This document shows positions 10,564 through 22,930 of a stretch of 64,000 nucleotides of DNA, one piece after another (within the stretch, counting starts at the first letter, position 1; each line of letters begins with the position of its first letter). This DNA is from Lama glama (lineage: Eukaryota), in contig CM052823.1 of assembly GCA_028534125.1 (NCBI GenBank), positions 40,052,001 to 40,116,000 on the forward strand, given 5' to 3'. Under the pieces are notes generated by a model. That model saw nothing but the letters and a program-made list of their open reading frames with translations, was not told the origin of the DNA and made no database searches. A program made the position numbers and the translations under genes.

Positions 10564-13389
10564 ACAAGTAACAAGTGTTATCTTCGGCTCACCCTGATCA
10601 ACTGCCTTTTTTATGAGACAGAGAGCCTTCCTCTTGCCTTCTATGATTTGGCAGATACAGCTGGAATTGACGCTATCAGGGTTCCCCTTTTTCTCTCTTC
10701 TCTAAATATTCTTTTTCTTTCTGACACTTAACTCCAGGGGTAAATCTTCACACTGTTAAAGATATTCTCATATTTCACTCTGGAAGCTGATTTTCTTCTC
10801 ATCCTTTCTAACATAATTGAAATTTACCAGTCTTCAGTTCCATTATTCCAGAGTGTCTTACCCTCTAGTCTCTGTTAAGGGAAAACTAAAGTGTTGTTGT
10901 TGTTTTTTTTTAAACTAATCTGGAGCAATGGAGCTAATAATATATATTATGTTCACAGGGAACAAATTTGAGGTCAAAAGGCTCTGAGCAGAAATTCCTG
11001 AGCCTAAAACTGGAACTCTAAAAGGCAGCATTTCAGGCCCTCAGAGTGAGAGGACTGATGTAGCTTTGGCAAGCTAGGTCTTTCAGAAATTCTCACATCA
11101 TACTTTATAAGCATCTTCCCCAGTCTGTCTATTCCAAGAACCCTGTTTCACTGGTCCACATGGGCAGACTCCAGGTTTAAGATGGGAGTGGGGATACTGA
11201 GGCTGCAAGAACAACCCACCACTCCCTCTTTCTATTTCCAGCACAGTTCAGGTCACCTTCTTCTGTTGAGGCTGGATTATCCAGAGTTAACACAACAGTG
11301 TACCACTCAGTTCTTTCTCTTCTACATGAGTTCTGGAAGTTTTCTGACAGCACTTTCTCCAATGCAAGGAATGAAAAATCAAAGCAGTCAGCCTGTCTTT
11401 TGCTTAAAGCTCTGGCCCAAGCCCTGCCACCTGTAAATAGCAGGGGTCCTTCCCAACCTATTTTTCATTTCCAAGTGTAATGAGGAGTTGGATTCCTGCT
11501 GTGGAAGAAGGGTAAGACGTGTACTCACTTCCTGTTCTTACTAAGTCTCTGGAAGAGGTACAAGAAATGCCCTGGGTTCATCTAGGTTCCATCAATAATT
11601 CAGTCCGGTATTTTCACCTCACACACCATATTTCACTGTCTCCCAAAGTACACCTGCTTACCCCAGGCTATTTGGCCCTATCTTTGGTTTGGAAAGAATG
11701 GGGATTCTATTCCTGGGAAGGAGGAATGGAAATTTCACAGCAGTGGAGAGGTGGGCTTCATAAATGGACGTGAAACTCATTTCAAATTGCCATCTTCATT
11801 TTGTACTTCAAATACCCAGTAAGTGTTCTGGTACCCAGAAGTCGGAGTCAGGCTTCACTGAGATTATTCTCTTTGGGAATGAAGCCCGTATGCTCCAGCA
11901 GGGCAGACAGAATCGACTGGATTTGCCATTGGAAAGCAGGAGTTCGCCCTGCCTGGCTCATCTGTGTACTGATGAGAGTCCCCCAGGACTGAGGGCAGGG
12001 ACCTGAAGAAAGACCCTTGGGGGCACTGGAATTTATGTGCAGCAGCTAACTGCCAGCTGTTACTGACACAGTCCCGCAAACATTCAGTTCTGAAGAATGA
12101 CAGGCACAATTTAGTAAGCCTGCATAGAGGGGGTGTTTATTTAAAAGGCTGGGGGTGGGGCAAGCTAAACATTTTAGATATATTTTGGAATTAGAATTGA
12201 TTTGTCTTTGCTTTCATTTGTTCACATTCTTTAGGAAAAGGTGAATGATAAAGCCTCAGAAGGCAGACAGACTTTCCTTGGCCGGGTGAGAGGCTAACAT
12301 ACAAAACCCTCTTTGTCAGAGGGAAAACCTGGAGCGGTTTGCTGGTAGCACGTTAGAGCCCCTCTGCCTGCTCTCCTCTGCCCAGTTCGCCTCCTGCTGG
12401 AGGCGCAGGTGTGGTGGCACAGGCCTCAGTGATGCTTCACCAAGTTGAGGACAATGCAGTGAAATTCCATTTATCAGGATACAATGAAAAATGAAAAGCT
12501 GGTTTAGGCAGAGACTACAAAATGCACTGTGTACTAAAGTGAGTGACAAAAAAGGCATGATACACCTGCGGTCTCTGCCTACATCCCTCAGCTCCCATGC
12601 CAGAGCCTAAGCTGACTTGGAGAGTGAATCCTTAAAAAATAAGTCAGCTGCTGCAAGCAGGAACGCACAAATCTTGTCTTTCATGTACTTTATATATGTA
12701 TAGAGGACATACATCAAAAAATCATCTGTGAGACAGTGTGTTAATTTTCAATGAATAATATTTACGAAATAGAAATTATGGTTTCCATAACAATTATAAC
12801 TTTGCCTTTCTATGTATACACAGATTTTTAAAAATTTAACCCCATTTGCTGTAGTCCAGAGAAATGTGTCAAGACCCTGAAGCTGAATTAAAGTTACTAT
12901 GGAAACCAAAAACGTAACCATCATGATTCAGAGCCCTCTAGATTCTCAACCATTGTGTTGTTCGGAAAAGAAAAATCTAATTTTTAATTAAATGAGCAGA
13001 ACACCTGAAGACTTTGATAAGAAGGTTTTTCAAATGTATTTAAATATTATCTAACATGTTCCTTGGTGCTTTTTGGGTAATTTTCTCCAGGAACTGCTGG
13101 TAGATTTTTGAGAGATGGGTTAAAAATACAGTTGAGCATCTATTATATATTCAGACCTCTGTTCAGGGCTGCAGGGGATGGAGAGTAACACCTTACACAT
13201 ACTGTCTCTACACACAAGAAATGTCTTTCTCCTTGAGATCATTAAAAAGTCATGGACAATAACCCAGATACCTTTACAGAATCAATCAGCAACAAGGTAT
13301 CGTACTTATACTTTGGTTGAGGGGCCCGAACCAAGAGCAGAGAGGGCCAATCAAGGGTACCTGAGCCTCCCAGTGAAGCTGAATTTGAA

Positions 13390-13575
13390 ACCAAAATTTT
13401 TTGTAAATAACAATTTCTGCTCTGATTATAAAAGTAGTAGGTGCTAATTGTAGAACAATTTGAAAATATTGAAAATTTCAAAGGAGAAAGTTAAAATCTG
13501 TCATAGGTCGAATACCAATATTTACTTTTTGGTGTACTTTCATCTAGCTATTTTTTTTCCTATGGAGATATAAGT
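13390..13575 (-). mobile_element. L1ME-type 3' end, first half (resumes about 14781-14880 after the Tigger insertion)
   Basis: tgattataaaagtagtaggtgctaattgtagaacaatttgaaaatattgaaaat motif; continuation cttgcaccttgcttttttcaatttagcattatatcataag. Confidence 0.6.
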
Positions 13576-13815
13576 ACCAGCAGTTGTCACATGATAGCGT
13601 GTGACTGTAAAGGTCACCATGCAAGCTGAAACCATGCAAAGGCGTTTTAACAATCAATGGGGAAAATCCAAATGTTTTGTGATTTTTTTTTCCTATGGAG
13701 ATATAAGTACCAGCAGTTGTCACATGATAGCGTGTGACTGTAAAGGTCACCATGCAAGCTGAAACCATGCAAAGGCATTTTAACAATCAATGGGGAAAAT
13801 CCAAATGTTTTGTGA
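13550..13815. repeat. Two-copy 133-bp tandem duplication
   Basis: 13550-13682 and 13683-13815 are identical except ggcgtt/ggcatt and one base at the T-run. Confidence 0.97.
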
Positions 13816-14780
13816 CCTTTAGCAATTTTTGTCAAAACATTAAAAATTCTCTTACTGTTGGTTACAAATGTCCAGGGAAATAGAAAAAATTCATATTTAG
13901 TGTTCTAATTTGAGGTATTAGAAATACTGAGAATTAAAGTGTTTCATTTCTTCACAAAAGTAGTTGGAGTAGTGCTTGCCTATCTTTCACGGTGTAAGTT
14001 ATGATACAGAACAATCATTTTTTTCTGTGACTTGGCAAATTATAATCCTCCTTTCTAAATTTAGGTCAGCTTCCAACATTTTATTTTTTGCATTTTCAAT
14101 GATGTGAAATAAAGATCTTTGGGGATTCCTTTAATGTAGAGGGTTTTGTTTGTTTGTGGGTTTTTTTGTTTTGTTTTGTTTCGCTTTTTTGCCAGCATCA
14201 CTTCCTCTGGGACATTTCCATCATTTTCCTCCTACTTTCTCACTGTTGTCAGTTTTGCCTTCCTTAAGTTCCTCTGGCTCCATATCTAGAGTCTCCTTAG
14301 CAGCAGCAATCTCAACATCCCATGGTTAGATAGTTCTTCTATAATTCCAGTTACATTGATTCAAATTTTACTTCCATTGTTACCACTTTTCATTTTGGTT
14401 CCACACATGCATCATTGTTAATGTTGAAATGTTCATTTTTTGAAATGCCATATGAGTTTATCACTAGGAGACAAGGAGGCAATACAACCACACACTTTGC
14501 TGTCTATACACGAACTGAATAACAGATGTGCAATGGCCAATGATGGACAGACTTGAAAAGAAGTGATATGATTGGTTACTGATCATGCAATGCTTCTGTC
14601 ATTTACACAGTGATCTGTTGACTAAATTGCTAACAGTAAAGTTTTCCTTTATGCAAGTACTCACAGGTAATATGTTGGAGTAACCGAAATTTAACTTTGT
14701 TGATAGATTGCTGTTATTTAACTAACCCATGGTAACTGAAATTCATGTCTGTTAAGCTTGTGTAAAGCTTGTGCTGCCTG
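13577..14780 (-). mobile_element. Tigger-family DNA transposon (Tigger8/Tigger13-like)
   Basis: Ends resemble CAGGCAGT terminal repeats (ta-ccagcagt at 13575; gctgcctg ending 14780); internal tgcaagctgaaaccatgcaaag and ggtaactgaaattcatg match a recalled consensus. Confidence 0.75.
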
Positions 14781-15114
14781 TGTGTGTATTTTTTAAATTA
14801 TTTTTTTATAAAATTGAGGTTATGAATATATAATCTTGCACCTTGCTTTTTTCAATTTAGCATTATATCATAAGGTATTAACTAGTCTCTAGTAATATTG
14901 TAGAATAACATATGTGATTGGGAAAATACCGAGGGAATGGTAAAAGGAGAGCTATGGACTGGCAGAGTGACTAGCTTCCCAGTGAGAAGCAGCAAAGGGA
15001 AAGGAGCAGATTGGCCAATGTTTTTGTTACATTGAGAAGAAGCTTAAATTGGCTAGAATGTAGGATCTATGTTAGGATAAAAATAACAATAATGTCCAAA
15101 AGTCCATTTAAAAA

Positions 15115-15345
15115 ATAATAGTAATAGCTAGCATTGTTGAATGCTTAGTATATTCATGGTACTTTTCAAGCATTATCTCGCCTACTCTTCAAATCTTAGA
15201 TGCTGCCATTCCTATTCTTACATATGAGGACACTGGAGCTCAGAGAGGTCACTGAGTTTGTCCAGGTCACACAGCTGTGTGACAGAGCCAGAAGTGAACC
15301 CAGATTCATATCATCCTGCCCCTGACTGCTCTATAACACTGCCCA
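15115..15345 (-). mobile_element. MIR SINE
   Basis: atgaggacactggagctcagagaggtc...ggtcacacagctgtgtgacagagccagaagtgaacccag. Confidence 0.85.
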
Positions 15346-16338
15346 ACTAAAGCATTTTTCACTTTACATAAATCTTTTGCATCTATTGATAAAAGATGTG
15401 CAATTGGGCAAGTTGTACAAGATTTCCAAGGTGCGCTGAAGTCTAGCCTGTGCCACTAGCCAAGTCTGAGCCAGCAGACTGCGTACGTCCAGGAGGGATG
15501 CCTTTTTCTAATGAGCACAGAGGTTCAGTATAGGCTCGTCTTGGTCCTGATCAACATGACTGATTCTCAGCACAACCTCAGAACTGATAGTTGACAGAAC
15601 AGTTAGGATTACTCCCATTTTATACTAAAAATAAAACCCCGAGGCTCACACTGGGAAAATGATTTATCTAAGGAGAGAAATGAACTGGTGAGGTAAAGAT
15701 GTGGTTGAGGAAGGGATTAGATTCCAGTCTGAGCAGATTTCACCTGCAGCAAAAGACAATAGGGGATTGTAGACATTTATAAATCAGGCTACACATCTGA
15801 CTTCAGCAGAGTAAAATGGTAAGTCACAGACATCCACCTGGAGCAGATTCCCCTGGGCAGCTAGCTGGACGCCTTCCACCCGGCTAAATCATCTCTTTTC
15901 CAGAATTCCGGTTCCTTCTTGCATTTGGATCAGACCTTTGGAGACACCTTCATTTCCCTGGAGCAGTAAATAGTCACCAAGATATAAAAAGAGTGAATCT
16001 GAAAGCACATTTCCCTTCATCTCACTGCCTTCCATAACTGCACTTTATTGACCTCTTTTAACTAGAGAACTGTAATAACTGTTGTTACTACCGTGAGAAT
16101 ATCCAGGCCGAGGATTTTTCTGAGTATTTCTGAGCCACTGGTTATACTCTTAACCTTGCTGAAAAATGCTGTTGCATTTTTACATAAGGGACCCATAGGG
16201 GTCTACCTTTCCTGAGTGAATCTAGCAGTTCCTCTGGGAATTACAAACTGCACAAGAATCCTTGAAAGAAAATGACTCGGTAAGAACCAACTCATCCTAC
16301 TTCCAAGAACAGCCAAATGGTTAGTAGGCATTAAAAAG

Positions 16339-16390
16339 CAAAATAAAATAAAATAAAATAAAATAAAATAAAATAAAATATAAAAAAATA
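16339..16390. repeat. (AAAAT)n pentanucleotide repeat
   Basis: Seen directly. Confidence 0.95.
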
Positions 16391-16878
16391 ATCCCAGAGA
16401 CTGGCCTGAGAAATGCGATTCAAAAAATAGGTTCCTAGTCTAATGTCTGGAAAATTCTAGACACTATACCTCTTGTTCAGAGCGTCACAAATCTCTCTGA
16501 GAGTCCTTCATTGTAGGTAAGGAATGTTTTAAATTTTTACAAAGCCAGTGTTTTCCATATATTTAGCTAAGGCGAGAAATTCAACATCAACAAAAATTTT
16601 TATTTTTTTCAATTATTATTATCCCAATGAACAAGAGTTCTTTGGGACATGTTTTGAGAAATGCTGGACCACGGCCATGGACAAATTTGGGTATGAACAG
16701 TTACTTCTGTCTTTAAACTCAGAGCTATTTCCTGTCTCTGAGTCCAGGGCTGGAGGGGCAGTAACACGAAATGGACCAGGAATGACAGACCTCTCCTGCT
16801 GAGGGAAGAACAGCAGTTTTCAAACCTCATGGTGCTTTGTGTGTGGGGCTGAGCAGATCGGCTTCTGTTCTCCCCTGC

Positions 16879-17226
16879 TCTTTTTTTTTTTTTTTCCCAT
16901 TTGAAGTATAGTCAGCTCAATGTTGTGTCAATTTCTGGTGTACAGCATAATGTTTCAGTCATACATGTACATACATATATTTGTTTTCATATTCTTTTTC
17001 ATTATAGGTTACTACAAGATATTGAATATAGTCCCCTGCGCTATACAGAAGAAACTTGTTTATCTGGTTTTGTGAGGATTTTCTTGTATTTCTGAAGGGA
17101 GAGATATTCTGCCAAGTTCAGTAGGTATTCTGTGTGAATTAATCCATTTTTAGATGTAAATTTTTGGTATATTCATGGGAGAGGGAGACTTACATGTCCT
17201 TCTTCTCTGCTGTCTTGGAAACTCCC
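16879..17226 (-). mobile_element. Short L1 derivative: L1 5'-end-like segment fused to an L1 3' end with poly(A)
   Basis: 16879-17065 matches the other young L1 3' ends in the window; the reverse complement of 17066-17226 (caagacagcagagaagaaggacatgtaagtctccctctcccatgaatataccaaaaatttacatct) resembles the start of an L1 5' UTR. Confidence 0.75.
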
Positions 17227-17478
17227 TCCCCTCCCCTTCAACCCGAGCATCTGTGCTTTTATCTGCTCTAGGAATGGAGATTTCTTTGAGGTTTCATTAG
17301 AAAAATTTTTAGAAGTTTCCTTTGGCAAAACAAAAACACAGAACAATTTTTAAACCAACAATAAAAGACAAATCCAAAAGGGGAGTAGTGTTTTAAAATC
17401 CATACATGGAGCAAAAATCTAAAAGTGATAAATACTTTCTATGAACTTCTACATTCACTTAACCTCTCTGAGAATTGG

Positions 17479-17848
17479 TACTATGAACTTCCCTCAAAAT
17501 CCAAAACAAACAAACAAACAAAAAACATACTTGAAGCACTAATCCCCAAGGGGACAGTACTTGGAGGTGGGTCCTTTGGGAGTAATTAGATTTAGATGAG
17601 GTCGTGAGGGTGGAGCCCATGGGATTAGTGCCCTTATAGCAAGATGAAGAGACCAGAGCTCTCTCTGCCTTGTGAGGACATAGCAAGAAGGAGGTCATCT
17701 GTAAACCAGGAACTGGGTCCTCACTAGATGCCAAATTTTCTGGCACCTTGCTCTTGGACTTGCCAGCCTCCAGATCTGTGAGAAATAAATGCTTTCTGTT
17801 TAAGCCACCCAGTTTATGGCATTTTGTTACAGCAGCCCAAATTAAGAT
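17479..17848 (+). mobile_element. MLT1A-type MaLR solo LTR
   Basis: gggattagtgcccttatag...ttggacttgccagcctccagatctgtgagaaataaatg...aagccacccagtttatggcattttgttacagcagccc. Confidence 0.9.
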
Positions 17849-19564
17849 GCTTGGTTTTCCTGTCTGCGAAATAGGAATGGTAATGTCACGAGGATTAAAA
17901 AAAGACTTTTGAAAAAAAAATAGATGCTAAATTTAAGGTAGAATGGAGGAGGTAGAGGAGCATGGAAAGAAAAGTGAACATCAGTTTTTGTTTGTCCATC
18001 ATCTGAATGTCCTCCCTGTGTTTGGGGACATAATCACTGTGTATTTGGTTGGAGGCCAACTGGGTGTCCCCATTGAGGTCTTCAATACTGGAGTGAGTGG
18101 CGCAGAGGAGGCTGGGCAGATTCTGTTCAGCAGCAGTGGTACCAGCTACGGCAGGCAGTCCCTGGAAATGGTGCTGCCTGAGCCAAGCTGTTTGTGTGAC
18201 CTGAGAGTTGGGCTGTGAACTTCCTTTGTTCCCCATCTAGGTTCTGAGTCTGGTTCTCTGGGCTTCCCATAGAGTCTGTGAGCTCCTCTATACCCTTCTG
18301 CTTAGCTCTTTACAGCTTACGTTAGTCAGAGCCCTTTCAAGTGAGAGCTGTGACAGGCACAGACGTGGCATATCAGAGAGTGGGCACGGGGGGGGGGGCA
18401 TGGTGGCAGACTGGGGTAGTAGTAGCTTGAGCAGAACTAAGGCTCATCACTAACACTTGACTTAAAGGGACTGGGTGAACTAGAATCCCTATCTGGGTCC
18501 TATTCCTGCAGATTCTCGAAGATATTTTATCAGAGGACAGTCTTTTATGCCCTCTGTAGTAATAATTCATAATTTTTGTTACATTATCAGGTAGAGACCT
18601 GTAGAACATCTCTTTTTATTTTGAACGTCTCCCTGTGCTTAGTTTCATTAGGAACTAATGCAACCTCATGTTTTAAAATGTCTTAAGATCAAATTAGATG
18701 AGAACAGAGTCACATAGGCAGCGAGAATGCCAGAGAACACAATAAAAAAGAAAGATAACACCCATGAAAAATAGTCTGCTAGAATTCTAACCCAAACAGC
18801 CCTTGAGTAGTGGGGACCAAGGGAGTTAATTTCCATTTTACTGCAGACTTCAGCCTTGCCTTTTGCTGTTGACTGCAGAGAGGAAAGCGGTGCAGGTCAA
18901 AGTGGTGAGAAGGACCCTCAAGGTTATCTTCATGGACAGGGACAGACAGGAATTTGGTGTCATTTATGCAGGGCCCCTTAGGGATTTGGGGGTGTTGCTG
19001 CCACCTCATCTGTATTTCTAGAGAAGTCACCTCACTCTACTTTTAAAATCTAGTGGCAGATGAAACCAACAGCTGTAAACGTTCACGTCTGGCTTATTCA
19101 TGTACCTCAGGGAACTATCAAAAAAAGCTTAAAACTGCTACATGGTTTACGATATCTTTATAAAGACTCTGGAAAAATACAGCAGGTGGAAGCCTCACCG
19201 TATTGACTTGAGACATTAGAGTAGCGGTGAGTCGCCTCAAACAGCTCCTTCTGCTTTAGCTCAGCACCCCATGGCACTGAAGTTCTCCAGCCTTACAGAG
19301 ATGACTGAAATTCTTGGCCAGTGACCCTGCCATTGGCCACCTCCAGCCTAAGGAGCCAACACCTGAGATGAAATCAAAACAATGAGATTATGGTTTGGCT
19401 GCCACTCTACTTTGATGGCTTCTAAGGTTGGACATTGCCTGTCACCACCAGCAACAACTCAGCTGAGCTATTAAACCCCAAACAAGATCTCACTTTGTTT
19501 AAAGATCTTTACATTTTTCAAACATTTGGTATACTTGTAATTGGGGAATTATGGAGTCATGGCA

Positions 19565-19800
19565 GCAATAATAATAACAATAATAGTAATAACAAGAGTC
19601 AGAGTTTATTGAGCATTTATTAAGTGACAGGTACCAAAAGTTTTCCAAAAGTTTCTAACCTTTAAGCCTTGCAACATGCAAGACAGATATTAATATTCCT
19701 ATGTTTATAAATGAGGAATCCCAGACTCAGAGGTGTTGTATGATCCAAAATCATGGAGGTACCTGGATTTGAATCTCAGTCTAGTGGCCCCTCTCTCTGC
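19565..19800 (-). mobile_element. MIR SINE
   Basis: tttattgagcattt...ataaatgaggaatcccagactcagagg...ggatttgaatctcagtct. Confidence 0.75.
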
Positions 19801-20357
19801 TTTTAATTCCTTCTCACCCCTGCTTCAGAGGCACAGAATTTACTTTTGAACCATTAGCTACATGAACTCTAGAACAGGGTGACTTGCTTAATCTGAGAGT
19901 TCTTTGGTAAAAGCTGGATGGCCCCATTATAATTTTACATTATGAGACTGCATGAAAATGAGAAAGAGGTTATTCCCACCCTTTCCCTCTTCCCGGAACA
20001 AACTTGAGTTGTATAGGTGTGAGGGTAAAAGGTGGTTTACTGGGTGGGGGACTCAAATGTGGGAACGATCCAGGGGGCCTAGGGTGACCTTTACTGGAGA
20101 AGCAGTGGGGGACTCCTACGGTGAACAAAACCTGCTGATGTTACAACAGCAGCCACAGGAAACAGGGTACCAGGAGAGAAGGAAGAACTCTAGCTTTCTA
20201 GGCTGTTGTAGAGAAAAAACCTCATGGAACTGTAATGGGGCAGAGTGAAATCATGGAATGGTAACAATTATAGCTACTATTTATTTAGTGTTTGCTGTAT
20301 GTAAGTTCTATTCTAATTGCTTGACATGTATTAATTCACTTAATACTTACATTGCTA

Positions 20358-21146
20358 CCTTCCTACACTGTTGGTAGGAGTGTAGTTTGGTGCAGCCATT
20401 ATGGAAAACAGTATGGAGGTTCCTTTAAAAACTACAAATAGACTTACCCTATGATCCAGCAATCCCACTCTTGGGCATATATCCTGAGGAATCTCTAATT
20501 CGAAAAGACACCTGTNNNNNNNNNNNNNNNNNNNNNNNNNNNNNNNNNNNNNNNNNNNNNNNNNNNNNNNNNNNNNNNNNNNNNNNNNNNNNNNNNNNNN
20601 NNNNNNNNNNNNNNNNNNNNNNNNNNNNNNNNNNNNNNNNNNNNNNNNNNNNNNNNNNNNNNNNNNNNNNNNNNNNNNNNNNNNNNNNNNNNNNNNNNNN
20701 NNNNNNNNNNNNNNNNNNNNNNNNNNNNNNNNNNNNNNNNNNNNNNNNNNNNNNNNNNNNNNNNNNNNNNNNNNNNNNNNNNAAGAAAACTATGGCATCA
20801 TTTGTATATGGGATCTATGAAAAAGACACAAATGAACTTATTTATAAAACAGAAAGAGACTCACAGACATAGAAAACAAAGTTATGGTTACCAAGGGGGA
20901 GAGGGGGTGGGAAGAGATACATTGGGAGTTCTGTATTTGCAGATACTAACTACTGTATATAAAATACACAACAAGTTTCTACTGTATAGCACAGGGAACT
21001 ACATTCAATGTATTGTACCTATAATGAAAAGGAATATGAAAATGAATATATGTACATACATGTATATGACTGAAACATTATGTTGTACACCAGAAGTTGA
21101 CACAACATTGTAAACTGACTACATTTCAATAAAAAAAGAAAGAAGG
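20358..21146 (+). mobile_element. 5'-truncated young L1 (ORF2 end plus 3' UTR) with target-site duplication
   Basis: ctacactgttggt...atggaaaacagtatggaggttcc...gatccagcaatcccactc; TSD aatacttacattgcta (20342-20357) / aaaacttccattgcta (21147-21162). Confidence 0.93.
20516..20782. other. Assembly gap (N run)
   Basis: Ns. Confidence 1.
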
Positions 21147-21889
21147 AAAACTTCCATTGCTAGAAAGTAAGTACTGATTGCAGTGTCCTTTTATGGATGA
21201 GGAATCACAAAGAAGTTAAGCAATTTGCCCAAATCACACAAGGAGAGTTGGAGAGCAGGATTCAAGTTCAAGCCCTTTGCTTTCAGAGCTCACCCCCTTT
21301 TCCACTCTATCGTTCAGCCTCTGGAGGAAATGAACACACATGAGGCTGACTGGTAGTAGATGACACAACCAAATAGAAGACCACGCTAAAGCAGACAACA
21401 GATATTAAAGCAAAACCGAGTTCAATGTCATCTCACCGTCTTGGCAAGGACTAGCTCACACACTAATGACTGTGGCAACTGCTTACTGGAAAAATTGCAG
21501 AGGACAATGGAATCTGATCATCATGTTACAGAAGATAAAACACGAACTGGGTATAATAGGTCACCTGGCTCTCACAGGTACTAACTCTGAACTCACGGCT
21601 GCTATGCCCAAGTGACATCTCTGCCAATTTCCCTCTTTCTTGTCAAAGCCACATCAACTTGGAGTCACTTTCCACCCCTTTATTAGTGATTAATTAAGTT
21701 CTCTCAATTCCTTCTCAGAAATTTTACCATCTCCACTGAGTTTTATGGGCTTCATCTGAATTTTGCAACAATGCCTCCCAGGTCACCCTGACTCTGTCTC
21801 TCCTTTCTAACCTGAACCAAATTCCCCTGCCAGATGAACCTCCCAGAGTGGCCTGAAACATTGGAACTGATGTTAAACAAGGAACCATG

Positions 21890-22020
21890 ATAGCTGTGCT
21901 CTGTTCTAGCTCTGCCACTAGGTAAGTGACACTGGGGGAGACCTCTGGGTCTTTAGATTCTACAATCATCAAAGGAGAAGTTGGAGTCGATGCTCTCCAA
22001 GGTCCCTTCCAGTGCTGTAT
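21890..22020 (+). mobile_element. MIR3-like fragment
   Basis: tctagctctgccacta...ctccaaggtcccttccagtgctg. Confidence 0.7.
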
Positions 22021-22709
22021 TTATATGAAGGCATGAATGAGCCAATTCTTTGCTTTTATACTTGCCTGTAGATTTTTGTTTGAATGTTTAAGCCTGATGC
22101 TCAAAACCCCATATAAGTTTTCTCACACCACGGTGCAAGATAGTCATGCCATATTCATTTCCAAATCCCAGCTTTTCTTCCTGCTGTTCTTGCTTCCCAG
22201 AAAGTCCAATTCCATCTTCTTTGTAGCCTAAACCTTAGACCATCACTAAGGTTCTGCTCAAGGACCATATTTTCCACTGACTCCCTGAGTGACCTCTGGC
22301 TGCAACACTGCAATTCTCCATAAAATGTATGTGCATGGTTCTCCCTAAATAAAAATGTGATTTATATAACAGTCATGGACTCTAGGCTAAAACAGAGGCA
22401 AAAAAAAATTAAGTAAAATGGTGATGACTTAATTTGCATACATTTCATATAAATCCTGAGCATTGTGCATTTTATCATTATTTTTCCACAAATGTTAATC
22501 ACAATAAAATGTGAAAACAGCCTTATCTAGATGTTTAAAAACTAAAAATTTATGAATAACATGATGTAAACTGATACATCCTTTAGGAGGAATTTTAAAA
22601 TATTCTCAATGCCTCCCTGTTGATGATTCAGAAAAATGTTTCAAACATGATTAAATAATGAGTTGTTCCTATTTCAAAGGGAAAAAAAAATGTATGTGTA
22701 TGGTAGGCA

Positions 22710-22930
22710 GCAGCCTGGACTCTGGAGGCAGACTGCCTGGATTCAGATCCTGGCTCTGCTGTTTACTAGCTGCTAGTTAACCTCTCTATGCCTCCGCTTC
22801 ACCACGTGTAAAATGGGATCATAATAGAAGCTACTTAGTAAGATCACTGTGAGGATTAATATATGTGTTAGTATACGTAAGACACAAAGAGCTTCAGGCA
22901 TGTAGTAAACATTCTATAAATGCCACCCGT
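22710..22930 (+). mobile_element. MIR SINE
   Basis: ggactctggaggcagactgcctggattcagatcctggctctgc...tgtaaaatgggatcataatag. Confidence 0.9.

Larger units (their letters stand above)
20265..21320 (-). mobile_element. MIR split by an L1 insertion (halves about 20265-20357 and 21163-21320)
   Basis: gctactatttatttagtgtttgctgt on the left; ggatgaggaatcacaaagaagttaagcaatttgcccaaatcacac on the right. Confidence 0.75.

Noticed and set aside
12235-12285. Plus-strand 51-nt exon candidate (EKVNDKASEGRQTFLGR) with a good acceptor
   Set aside because: Isolated, no partner exons or recognised protein; cannot be distinguished from a pseudo-exon.
13550-13815. Direct repeats as a possible CRISPR-like array
   Set aside because: Only two abutting 133-bp copies, no spacers, mammalian context.
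18000-18355. Possible very old LTR (also about 56865-57285)
   Set aside because: Too diverged to assign a family from sequence alone.
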